Source: Terriglobales bacterium
GTDB taxonomy: Bacteria; Acidobacteriota; Terriglobia; Terriglobales; Acidobacteriaceae
Length of the DNA: 64,000 nt
Reading direction: 5' to 3'
Assembly: GCA_035308395.1 (NCBI GenBank)
Contig: DATGGT010000123.1
Span: 71,786-135,785, forward strand
Both the position numbers and the translations under genes were made by a program. A model generated the notes under the pieces. That model ran no database searches. It was not told the DNA's origin and worked only from the letters and a program-made list of their open reading frames with translations. Below, one piece after another: positions 39,101-47,148 of this stretch (position 1 is its first letter; every line of letters starts with the position of its first letter).

Positions 39101-39549
39101 CGAACGCCTGGGACGATCGAATCAGCATGGTCGGAGTTCCCGGCAACACTTCACCGACGCATCTGGGAAATCGCACTGCTGTCACGACCTCGTACAGGCT
39201 CGCGATTGCAGCCGGAAAAAACATGACCTTCGCGTCGCCCTCCTGGGCCACTGCAGGTAAAGATGACGTCGGCACCGACGGCGGCATTCACAACTTCCTT
39301 CACTTGCTGGAAAACTGGGGCGGAACCACCACAAACTACAAGGGATCAATGGCGAGCCTGTACTACTCGACCTACGCCACCGGCTTCTACAAGTGTTGCA
39401 ATGCTGTTTACAGCAACGGTACGCGTAACTTCTCTTTTGACGCGGACTTCAAGAATCCGGCCGGCTTGCCGCCCGGAACACCCATGTTCCGCGACGTGGA
39501 GAGCTTGGGCTATCGTCAGGTGTACGCGACGCGCTTAACCGGGCAATAG
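36163..39549 (+). CDS. Giant PilX/GspK-like pilus-tip protein (about 1130 aa)
   Basis: MKKTRLRITRLNVKG/FTLIASLLMLLLMSGMAIGLLMMVNTEGKVGGSDLQNNVAYHAAEGGIE: PilX_N-like, lacks Glu+5 as PilX/GspK do. GGAG lies 7 nt before ATG 36163; upstream in-frame ATGs reach back to 36118. Confidence 0.7.
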   Translation: MKKTRLRITRLNVKGFTLIASLLMLLLMSGMAIGLLMMVNTEGKVGGSDLQNNVAYHAAEGGIEKMYSDLSAVFNNAQAPTAAQICAASAAANQPTMPGVTWTQYSIMPGSAQTSTCPTTLSTTWGQITAGPNQGLYAQVIPVNMLATASLTGGQEVTMIRQTQVALIPVFQYGMFCENDCSIFPGGGMTFNGPIHSNGDFYPYVGSGANLTFQAKVSAFGNIIRTVLPNLNSSSARTGNVYVPTANSATACSNSSPSAAPSTAAGNTCTSLATVGTTNPWGDGSLQGAGGNPAQSSYSSVWNNYSNTTLNDMMINGNYGSKTTKGTGAKKLSMPFVNGSNFPYEVIRRPKGTESASTLLGQSREYNMAQIRVLLSDDPAEFKNGTGATDPDNVRLANVAQNSTVAGQWGVTIPSGNYSSAFGSPTSGTYNLYFASASNGVPIPNATASTCSGEPCLTADDWPSPPVTWTNAMATAAGIAWINPPVPSTAPIYWNNGPSPTVYLCPPNVTFTASPSPALPSNCPAGAYPYYSPPNPTLPLVSGALTPYNSAFDDSWSTLDGWLRVEYLNNSGNWVAVTNEWLQLGFARGVTAPTASVAGQPAGGTPNPINPKAILLLQEPADRSTNATLMAEPAATGAISTGTPPSCTAWTSAAHTICTTWAAGNPPLLVSDAGAGGEWAFGITPSAPAAATTPQSLTEYNWYPINFYDSREGEPRDIDWSGTTLGVTDNSCTANGVMNAVEIDVGNLEQWLLGNTGTSGTLVNSSTQNGYILYFSDRRGMLPSKNAVSSNAANTKTGDSGLEDTVNSGSTAGTTDGALETTMAGHPNSPEDDNQNGLLDNWGAYNLGMGFYGTVSSSTQNLNTKITSTAVPNPYGTVAANGGDRIALCGRTARKNWVSGARHVLKLVDASLGNVPLSNTPIVYNGVTYNGGFTVASENPVYLQGDYNSNGTDTAWSATPVDQAGMAASAVLADSVTLLSNAWDDRISMVGVPGNTSPTHLGNRTAVTTSYRLAIAAGKNMTFASPSWATAGKDDVGTDGGIHNFLHLLENWGGTTTNYKGSMASLYYSTYATGFYKCCNAVYSNGTRNFSFDADFKNPAGLPPGTPMFRDVESLGYRQVYATRLTGQ

Positions 39550-39567
39550 AAACTGGCAATAGAAAAG
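39542..39567. repeat. 13-bp tandem duplication that includes the pilX-like stop codon
   Basis: ggcaatagaaact / ggcaatagaaaag (11 of 13 identical). CAA-TAG occurs twice. Confidence 0.85.
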
Positions 39568-39593
39568 ACATAGATCGACTTGAGCAAGGTCCC

Positions 39594-39625
39594 AACCCCG
39601 ATCCGCAAGGATCGGGGTTTTTCTT
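39594..39625 (+). terminator. Rho-independent terminator of the minor-pilin operon
   Basis: AACCCCGATCC-gcaa-GGATCGGGGTT followed by TTTCTT. Confidence 0.75.
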
Positions 39626-39683
39626 GCTCGTGAAAATGTTATCCTCAACTTCTTCAGTCGCAATTTATTGAGACTTTAGGAAG

Positions 39684-40979
39684 ATGAGTACTCAACAGTT
39701 GAACCGAGCTGACAATCGTGGGGCGAGAGGCTTGTTGGTGGTTCTGACAATATTCTCGTTAGGCCTATTTCTTATCCCGGCCTTCATCATCCGGCCGTTC
39801 ACCCATCAATCGGCCATCGGATTGCGCATTGCACTCTTCGTCAAGTGGATTGCGCCGACACTCACGCTGCTCGCCTTGTTGGGAGTCCTTGCGATCGCCT
39901 GGTCGCTCTGGCAACGGTCGTCCTGGTTGTTACGCAGCGGTATCATCACTTCCCTGCTGCTGTGTCTGGCGTCGACAGTGATGGTACAGCAGAACTACTT
40001 CGAATGGATGTTCAATCCGATCAAAGCTGCGGGATTCGTCGCACCCGGCGATTCCCACCTTGACGACAAAGAAATGGTGATGACCGTGAAGATCGGGCCG
40101 GAAGCGCGTGCGTACCCGATCGTGCAGATGGCCTACCATCACATCCTCAATGACACCGTGGCCGGCGAGCCCATCGTCGTCACCTATTGAACGCTCTGTC
40201 ACACCGGTCTGGTGTGGAAGAGAACAGCGCAGGGACGGGAACTCCATTTCTATCTCGCGGGGATCAACAATCAGAATTTCCTCATGCGCGACCGCGAAAC
40301 GGGCTCGTGGTGGCAACAGATCACAGGCCGCGCCATCTCCGGCAAACTCGCCGGTACCAGCCTCGAGTCGATGCCCAACGACGAGTTAACGTTCGGACTA
40401 TGGAAAGCGGAGTTGTCGCAAGAACACGCCCTGGTTTTGGCGCCAGTTGCCGGACACGACAAAGACTACGACAAGGGATGGGAAGCAGAAACGGAGAAGT
40501 ATCCAGTGCCCCTAAGTTTTCCCGGGCAAGGATTGAAAGATCGCGACGTGATCCTGGGAGTTCAGTTGGGTGGGCAGGCTCGCGCCTTCCCGGTAACAAA
40601 GGTTCGCGGCCAGACTCCGGTCGAAGACAAGATCTCTGGAGTTCCCCTTGTGATCGTAACTGCGCCCGACGGCGTATCCATGCGCATGTTTCGCTCGCGA
40701 TGGAACGGATCCGATATCGAGCTTTATCGCGATACGGAGACCGACGGACAATCCACTGACGAGCATAAAGCCGATGGTCAAAGCCCTGCTGGTCAAAACA
40801 CTGGTGGTCAAAGCAAAGACTTACGACTGCTCGATTCGCTCGGGAACACCTGGAACTTCAGCGGGTGCGCAACTAGCGGTCCTGCAACGGGCCAGTGTCT
40901 AGAGAAAATTAATTACGTGAAGGACTATTGGTTCGACTGGAAGAACTACAACCCGAAGACGACTGTCTACAGTCATTAG
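39684..40979 (+). CDS. DUF3179-family membrane protein with in-frame TGA at codon 169: candidate selenoprotein (UxxC), otherwise a nonsense pseudogene
   Basis: ORFs 39684..40190 and 40212..40979 share a frame. Readthrough gives ...GEPIVVTY-[TGA]-TLCHTGLVWKR..NFLMRDRETGSWWQQITG..DYWFDWKNYNP, one colinear DUF3179 protein. Confidence 0.6.
40200..40216 (+). promoter_or_regulatory. SECIS-like hairpin 9 nt downstream of TGA 40188-40190
   Basis: CACACC-GGUCU-GGUGUG: perfect 6-bp stem with a GGUCU apical loop, as in E. coli fdhF SECIS (as I recall it). Confidence 0.5.
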
Positions 40980-40989
40980 GTAGTCCATC

Positions 40990-41955
40990 TCAACGCGGCT
41001 TGCGGAGATGCGGTGCCGGTTCGTTTCCCTTTTGCGCCGTGAGATCGGGCGACGGCGGCGCGTTTACAGCCAGATCAGACGACCAGCAGTCGGCGAGAAT
41101 TTTCCACGTACCCGAAGGCTGGCGCGCCAACACTACCATGTATTTTCCGCGCTCCTCGCGACGTTTTCCCATGGCGACGGGAACCAGCATTTTGCAGCGG
41201 CCTAGATCGAGAGCGATTTCTCCCATCACTTCGAGGCGGAGCGATTCCATCTCCACATCGCCCAACCCGGCTTCAAGCACGGAAACAAGAAACTCCCGGA
41301 TCGCCGGAAGACTCCGCACCGGAGGAATGCTGGACCGTATAACAGTCGCATCCGCAGCATAAAGTTCCAGCAAATCGTCGATGTGTTTTGTGTTGCAGGC
41401 ATGCGCCCAGTCTTTCACCACCTGGCGAGCACCGGCTTCTGCCCTTCCACCGGTCGAAGATCCTGTCGAACCAGAGCTCGCTGAAGCTGGAGCCCGTCCG
41501 CGCGGTGCCGTCGACCCAGCTTCGGCACGAGGCGCCACGGACACGCGTCCCTGCGCTGGGACAATGTGATGATAGTGGTGATGAATGTGATGTTGACCCG
41601 CGCCGGCCTGAAGCGGCACCGCAGCCTCGCCAGTCGGTGGGTGAGTCGCTATACCGCACCAGACGCAAAAGCGCGCGCTCGCAGGTAGCGCACCTCCGCA
41701 GGAAGAACACTCATCAACCGCATCTCCCGGATCTCCCCCATCTCGAGGCCCGGCCGATTCACCGGGGTCAGCTAGATCCGATGCCGCACCGCCCGAAATG
41801 CGGTGGATCGCCTCCACGGCCGCCGCGACCGCTTCCGCGTTCGGCTTGGGCCAGTGAAAGCTCCCAGGCAGCCGCTGGAACAATTCCTCGATCTGATTGC
41901 CCTCGACGGGCGCGTCCTCCTCCGTGCGGGGAGGGTCCGGTTTATTTGCCGCCAT
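40990..41955 (-). CDS. Zinc-ribbon, His-rich segment, SnoaL/DUF4440-like (NTF2 fold) protein
   Basis: CSSCGGALPASARFCVWCG, QHHIHHHYHHI, then VVKDWAHACNTKHIDDLLELYAADATV...GKYMVVLARQPSGTWKILADCW. Start is ATG 41955 or 41964. Confidence 0.6.
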   Translation of the reverse strand: MAANKPDPPRTEEDAPVEGNQIEELFQRLPGSFHWPKPNAEAVAAAVEAIHRISGGAASDLADPGESAGPRDGGDPGDAVDECSSCGGALPASARFCVWCGIATHPPTGEAAVPLQAGAGQHHIHHHYHHIVPAQGRVSVAPRAEAGSTAPRGRAPASASSGSTGSSTGGRAEAGARQVVKDWAHACNTKHIDDLLELYAADATVIRSSIPPVRSLPAIREFLVSVLEAGLGDVEMESLRLEVMGEIALDLGRCKMLVPVAMGKRREERGKYMVVLARQPSGTWKILADCWSSDLAVNAPPSPDLTAQKGNEPAPHLRKPR

Positions 41956-41983
41956 AGCTAACATTGTAGGAGAAAATCGCTCG

Positions 41984-42430
41984 CTAGTGGATGCTGAATC
42001 TGACCAGCGCTTCCGCGTCTGTGGGAACACCGTTGCAGAGGGCAGGGCGATAACGCCAGTAGCGCACGGCCCGCAGCACAGCGAGATCCTCATCGGCACC
42101 GCCGCTGTCGAGGACGAAGGCGCTGTGAACGCGTCCGTCGGCTCCAACAATAAAGCTGACTCGCACCTTTAAGTCATCGCTCTGCGCATGGAGAAGCGGG
42201 TCTGGAGTGAGCAAGGCCTCGGGCGGACGAACGTCTCCACATTTCGCCAGCGCGAGCGGCTCCGAAACAGGCGCAAACTCGGAAATATGCGCCGGAACGC
42301 GACCGAGTTTCTTTTCCATTTGCGCGAGCGGAGTACGCTGCGGAACCGAGGTTGAAGCAGGGAGAGCGGCTGACCATGCCACGACGCTACCGATCGCGAT
42401 CGACGACAAAATCAACGATGTCATCGTCAT
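41984..42430 (-). CDS. TonB C-terminal domain protein (short, signal-anchored)
   Basis: MTMTSLILSSIAIGSVVAWSA..., then LLTPDPLLHAQSDDLKVRVSFIVGADGRVHSAFVLDSGGADEDLAVLRAVRYWRYRPALCNG. Confidence 0.6.
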   Translation of the reverse strand: MTMTSLILSSIAIGSVVAWSAALPASTSVPQRTPLAQMEKKLGRVPAHISEFAPVSEPLALAKCGDVRPPEALLTPDPLLHAQSDDLKVRVSFIVGADGRVHSAFVLDSGGADEDLAVLRAVRYWRYRPALCNGVPTDAEALVRFSIH

Positions 42431-42763
42431 TGTCAACGTGGCGAACGAAGCCCTACGCGTTGCGATTGTTCTCGGCCAGAGACAAAGCATCGGTTTCGTC
42501 GGGGCAATCCGCGTTCCCATTTCCGGAAGACAATAACACACTTATTATCATTACGTTACCGTCCTGATTTCGTTTAGAGGATCCAGAACGGATGCAATTG
42601 GTTGCAGACGAAATGAACAAAGGGGTGACCGTACACCAAGTGAACGGAGTCGAAGTGAAGAAAAACAGGTGGGAGTTCAGAACCGCTGCCAAATGCAACC
42701 CGTCGCCGCCCCCCTGCCGCGGACCATCTCCGCGACAGGAATCGGATCGTGTGCCAACCGCCG

Positions 42764-44914
42764 TTATTGCAGGCCGTTTTGGGTAAATTTGTACGCGATG
42801 TTTGCCCGCGATGCGGTGAAATAGATACTCGCCGCCTGCGAGGCAGTACTGTAGTTGTCGACGACGATTCCGTTTGGACCGCCGTTGATCGTCGCCTTGG
42901 TGACCGTGGTGTCACTGCTGCGCGCGACGACGCAACCGTCGGTGAAACCGTTGCCCGGCGCGGTGCAGTCCTGGTTCAGACCGAAGAAGAAGAAATCGGT
43001 GCCCCCGGTTACCCCGCCAGTATCGGAGGCGTTGGTGTAGTCCGCGTTATTGAAATTCGCGGTGAATCCACTGTAGATGGGGCCAGTGCCAATCAGGCTT
43101 GTCACAATTACAACTTGGCCGTTTAGAAAACTCTCCGCCGTACCTTGCAGAGATATCTGTTGGCCGACCTTAAGATCGCTGGCGTTTGTCGTCACCGTCA
43201 GAACGTTGGTCGCGACGGATGTAGCCGTAATGGCGTCATTCGGAGACACCGTGCCGGTGTCCGCAGCATTGACGTAGTTCGCCGTAGTGAAGCTCGCCGT
43301 GAACCCCGTGAAAATGGGAGCGGTGCCCACCAGACCGGTCACGGTTACAACCTGGCCATTCAGAAAACTCTCGGCCGTACCTTGGATGGTCAACTGCTCT
43401 CCCACCGTAAGATCGGTATTGTTCGCCGTCACCGTGAGAATGTTGGACGCGACCGCGGTTGCTGTGATGACGTCGGTGGCTTCGACAAAGGGATTGTTGA
43501 ACTCGGTCAATCCCGTGCAGCGAGCGGCGGTAGACGTGACGATTTGTTGTGAGAACGAAGGGGTCGAATTCATGATTCGCCCGGCATTGAAGCCAAAGGC
43601 GTACTGCCATGGAGATTGATCGGCAGCACCCGTACCGCAAACGCGAATGACTCCTGCCGATGTGTTGTTGTAGTAGTCGTTGCTCGGGGCAGGCTCGTAA
43701 AGGCTCATTGCCGTACCGATGTGCGCACCTATGCCGATACGCGCCCTGGTCAGCAGATTCAAACTATTGGTATCGGCCTCAACCAGCACAGCGGATGTGC
43801 CATCGTCCGCGCTAGTCACGAAAGTAGTACCGTTCGTGATATCGACGATTGGGGGACTGACTACACCGGGGCTCGGCGCCCCGCCTCCCACCAAGAGTGA
43901 TGTTGAGAGAGTGCCGGTAAGGGTATTGACCTGATAGAGGTTTCCGTCCGTGCTCCCCACCAGCAGCGCGCGCCGGTCGATATCGAATACTGGAGGAGTG
44001 AGTTTTTGTGCGCCGACCTGGACTGGCCACGGTGCTCCCGCAAGTGCCGGCGTTCCGTTAAAGACACCAGTAATCTTGTAAATCAACCCCGTGTCGTCTG
44101 CCACGTAGACGACGTCGTCGCTGTAATCGATCCAGGGAGCGGATGTTGTAATCGTCGCAGTCGAAGAGATGGTTAGCGATGTCATTTCTCCGGCGGTCGG
44201 CACGACAGAAACGCTCGGGGTGCCTCCGTCCGCGGCGTTCCATGTCAGGACATGGAAAATGGATGAAGGCGTCGCGCCAGTCACGCTCTCGACAAAGCCA
44301 ATCTTCTTTCCGTCTAACGACAGGATCGGCGAAGTCAATATCTTGCCGCCGGTCACCGTGCTGATGTTATAGCCAAAAAGGGGTGATGGAGCCGTGCCGC
44401 ACAGCCCAACCGGAGCTGTGCCGGAATAGAGATTGTTGAAACCGACGAGATTGGCGTTGCCCCCTCCGACACCGGGGGCCTCGGGTGCCGACAATCCGAA
44501 CGCAGCGTAGTCATTCGTGCAATCCGGCGGAGCCGTAGGGTCCGCGAAAGAGTATTTTACGGGGAACATGTGCGCGAAAATCCTGCCCCCCAAAACGACA
44601 TTCCAATCGCGGTAGAGACTGGGTCTCGGTTTCGGCTTAATGGATACTTTCGATGGCGTCACGGAGGAATTCGAGGTGGAATTCGAAGGAGCCGGGAAGC
44701 GCTGCATCAACTGCTGGCGGATGCGCGGTTCGCGATCGGCCAGGCCGGGGTGCTTGGCTAGTGCGTCGCGGCTGAATACGAGATGGCTCTGCGACCAGTC
44801 TTGCGGAAATCCGATATGCTTCGGAGCAGTCGCTACCTGTGCGCACAAACCGGGCACGAGCGAGAAGAAGAACGCAGTCCACGCCGCAAACACACCGCAC
44901 CGCTGCCTTAGCAT
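42764..44914 (-). CDS. Large secreted beta-propeller-like protein with C-terminal 79-aa tandem repeats
   Basis: Signal MLRQRCGVFAAWTAFFFSLVPGLCAQ. Blade-like segments (VYVADDTGLIYKI, LLVGSTDGNLYQV, TFVTSADDGTSAVLV), then two colinear repeats. Confidence 0.7.
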   Translation of the reverse strand: MLRQRCGVFAAWTAFFFSLVPGLCAQVATAPKHIGFPQDWSQSHLVFSRDALAKHPGLADREPRIRQQLMQRFPAPSNSTSNSSVTPSKVSIKPKPRPSLYRDWNVVLGGRIFAHMFPVKYSFADPTAPPDCTNDYAAFGLSAPEAPGVGGGNANLVGFNNLYSGTAPVGLCGTAPSPLFGYNISTVTGGKILTSPILSLDGKKIGFVESVTGATPSSIFHVLTWNAADGGTPSVSVVPTAGEMTSLTISSTATITTSAPWIDYSDDVVYVADDTGLIYKITGVFNGTPALAGAPWPVQVGAQKLTPPVFDIDRRALLVGSTDGNLYQVNTLTGTLSTSLLVGGGAPSPGVVSPPIVDITNGTTFVTSADDGTSAVLVEADTNSLNLLTRARIGIGAHIGTAMSLYEPAPSNDYYNNTSAGVIRVCGTGAADQSPWQYAFGFNAGRIMNSTPSFSQQIVTSTAARCTGLTEFNNPFVEATDVITATAVASNILTVTANNTDLTVGEQLTIQGTAESFLNGQVVTVTGLVGTAPIFTGFTASFTTANYVNAADTGTVSPNDAITATSVATNVLTVTTNASDLKVGQQISLQGTAESFLNGQVVIVTSLIGTGPIYSGFTANFNNADYTNASDTGGVTGGTDFFFFGLNQDCTAPGNGFTDGCVVARSSDTTVTKATINGGPNGIVVDNYSTASQAASIYFTASRANIAYKFTQNGLQ
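43010..43468 (-). repeat. Intragenic tandem duplication, 2 x about 79 codons
   Basis: ITATAVASNILTVTANNTDLTVGEQLTIQGTAESFLNGQVVTVTGLVGTAPIFTGFTASF... versus ITATSVATNVLTVTTNASDLKVGQQISLQGTAESFLNGQVVIVTSLIGTGPIYSGFTANF... Confidence 0.85.
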
Positions 44915-45176
44915 CACAGCTGCCTCCGATTGCTTTGGATTCACGCCATTGTAGCCGTTTTCTCGCCTACAAGGGATAGGTGATTTTAAGCGGTGAGACC
45001 TTCTGTTGATTGCACTTTCCCCTGGAATGTTCCCCGAGGGTAACCTTCCATTTTTTCGGTGGTTCGACGTCGACAGCGGCTTGGCGCCAATCCCCTCTGA
45101 CTTCAAGTGCCGATTTCCGATTCTTAACGTCGTGTGGAACAATGAGAGGCCAGTGGAGGCTCTGCTCACATCCGCG

Positions 45177-45920
45177 ATGTTCACCCCGAATAGCCTTCAG
45201 CTCGCACTCTTATCAGCAGCCATCCTCGGATTCCGGCACGGCTTCGATTACGACCATATCGCCGCGATCACCGATATCACGAGTCTTCAGAGTGATCGCT
45301 GGGCAGGCATGCGGCTCGGCTTGCTCTACGCGCTAGGACACGCCGCGATGGTAGCGGTGCTCGGTAGTGCCGTCATCGTGTTTCAACTCTCTCTGCCCCA
45401 CGGCATCGACCGCATCGCCGAGCGCCTCGTCGGACTGACCCTGCTCGTCCTCGGCGTCTATGTGTTGGGATCCCTTTTTCGTGGCACGCAAGCCCCGCGC
45501 AGTCGCTTCCATCTGATGGCTGGCGCGGCGCGCTGGATCAACTGGAGAGTGACGAGTTATTGGCACGATCATGACGTACCGCGCCCCGCCGACAAGCCGT
45601 GGAATTACAACGCGAAGTCCGTACTCGTTATCGGCCTGGTCCACGGGCTCGGCGCGGAGACTCCCAGCCAACTGATGATCTTCTTACTCGCCGCCAATCT
45701 CGGCGGAATCGCGAAGGGCTTTCTTGGACTCCTGATTTTTATCGCCGGCCTATTGGTGATGAATACGTTGATGACTGCATCGGCCGTTGGATTGTTCGGC
45801 TTCAGCTCACGGATGCCGCGTTTCCAATTCATCGTGACTGCACTCACTGCGATCTATAGCCTCGCGGTCGGAGCTGTCTTTTTGTTCGGTTCATCCAGCC
45901 TTCTGCCCGCGTTGGGATGA
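45177..45920 (+). CDS. NicO/HoxN-like nickel/cobalt transporter family membrane protein
   Basis: GFRHGFDYDHIAAITD resembles the NiCoT signature RHA(V/F)DADHI. Polytopic, about 247 aa. Confidence 0.65.
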   Translation: MFTPNSLQLALLSAAILGFRHGFDYDHIAAITDITSLQSDRWAGMRLGLLYALGHAAMVAVLGSAVIVFQLSLPHGIDRIAERLVGLTLLVLGVYVLGSLFRGTQAPRSRFHLMAGAARWINWRVTSYWHDHDVPRPADKPWNYNAKSVLVIGLVHGLGAETPSQLMIFLLAANLGGIAKGFLGLLIFIAGLLVMNTLMTASAVGLFGFSSRMPRFQFIVTALTAIYSLAVGAVFLFGSSSLLPALG

Positions 45921-46097
45921 GTCTGAATCGCGCTGTGGCAGCGGCTTTTGTCCTCTGGTCATCATTTAATCATCGTCTTCGCCGATACGACTCCCCTTCC
46001 CGCGTATCGAAATACAAATTTTGTCTGCATAATTCCTGACAGAACTGGCGAGTTAGTAATACAATTGCGGGCTGTAGTTACCCGAGGGGGTATTTTA

Positions 46098-46340
46098 ATG
46101 ACAAACATTGCTAAGGCCATAACCCGGCTCCGCGAGGAACGCCGGGATGCACAAAACCAAGTCCAGAAACTGGGGGAAGCGATCTCGGTTCTCGAAAAGC
46201 TAACCCGAGGAAGTTCGACCGGAAGCACAGGGGCGACGCACCGCGTCAAGCGAGTTCTCTCCGCAGCTGGCCGCCGGAGAATCTCTCTGGCTCAAAAAGC
46301 ACGTTGGGCAAAGATAAGACAGGTCAAAAAAGCCGCCTAG
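46098..46340 (+). CDS. Small basic coiled-coil protein, hypothetical
   Basis: 80 aa: MTNIAKAITRLREERRDAQNQVQKLGEAISVLEKL...RRRISLAQKARWAKIRQVKKAA. Confidence 0.45.
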   Translation: MTNIAKAITRLREERRDAQNQVQKLGEAISVLEKLTRGSSTGSTGATHRVKRVLSAAGRRRISLAQKARWAKIRQVKKAA

Positions 46341-46482
46341 TCATCGGGCGGGCCGCAGGCTACGGGTCCCCTCTCAGTAGACTGCCGCCCGCCGGATCGT
46401 AACTATCTCACCTGGCTTTGCTTCTTCCTTCCGCACGAAAACCCCGGACGGTCCGCCGTAAAGACGGAGCCCAGTTATCCAT

Positions 46483-46510
46483 TGATTGTCCTTGGCTGAT
46501 TGTCCTCGGC
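46483..46510. repeat. 14-bp tandem duplication upstream of the ICMT-family gene
   Basis: tgattgtccttggc / tgattgtcctcggc (13 of 14 identical). Confidence 0.85.
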
Positions 46511-46571
46511 CGATCGCCCTCTGTGGAACCTTTTCGCGGTAGCATCGTATCCTTACTCACGGAGAAGAACG

Positions 46572-47144
46572 ATGACCGCGATGGACCTCTGTTCCGATCT
46601 TTGGTGCATTCTTGGTGTGATTTGGTTGGCTACCGCGCTCTGGACCAAGCGATCACAGGAACGCGCCAGTTTTAGCTCCCGGTTGACCTACGGCGCGCCT
46701 GTTGCTCTCTCGTTCTACGTAACGTTCGGGGGCTACACCGGCCTTAGCTGGTTACAAGGGCGTCTCTATCCCCACAACAGCACCGCAGAAACCCTGGGAG
46801 TCGTGCTCACGGCATTGGGCCTCGGGTTCGCGACATGGGCAAGGTTTTCTATCGGAGCGAACTGGAGCAGCGCTGTCAGCGTCAAGGTCGATCATCAACT
46901 GGTTCGCACTGGACCTTACGCCTGGGTGCGCCATCCGATTTACTCAGGTCTTCTATTGGGAATGGTCGGCACCGCGATCACACTCGGCAAAATCCGTGCA
47001 TGGGTCGGGCTGATCCTGCTGTGGCTGGCTTTCTGGATAAAAAGCAGAATGGAGGAACGGTTTATGCTGAAGACCTTTGGGCCAGATTACGAAGAGTACA
47101 GTCGCTCCACCGGCGCCCTCATTCCGCGCCTTCGACGTTCCTGA
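46572..47144 (+). CDS. Isoprenylcysteine carboxyl methyltransferase (ICMT/PEMT) family membrane protein
   Basis: LVRTGPYAWVRHPIYSGLLLGMVG...EERFMLKTFGPDYEEYSRSTGALIP. GGAGA lies upstream of ATG 46572. Confidence 0.8.
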   Translation: MTAMDLCSDLWCILGVIWLATALWTKRSQERASFSSRLTYGAPVALSFYVTFGGYTGLSWLQGRLYPHNSTAETLGVVLTALGLGFATWARFSIGANWSSAVSVKVDHQLVRTGPYAWVRHPIYSGLLLGMVGTAITLGKIRAWVGLILLWLAFWIKSRMEERFMLKTFGPDYEEYSRSTGALIPRLRRS

Positions 47145-47148
47145 GGGA

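Noticed and set aside
40212-40979. Treating the 255-aa ORF as an independent gene starting at GTG 40212
   Set aside because: It has no SD and is in frame with the upstream ORF. It begins in the middle of the DUF3179 domain. It is the C-terminal part of one gene interrupted by TGA, so either Sec recoding or a pseudogene.
42592-42786. 64-aa + strand ORF in the 333-bp spacer downstream of the 42764..44914 gene
   Set aside because: The SD spacing is weak, the C-half is Pro/Arg-rich, and it overlaps the end of the large minus-strand gene. Evidence is insufficient, so it is left unannotated.
43010-43468. Diversity-generating retroelement (TR/VR pair) as an explanation for the two 237-nt repeats
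   Set aside because: Both copies are in-frame inside one gene and adjacent. No reverse transcriptase is nearby, and the differences are not restricted to adenine positions.
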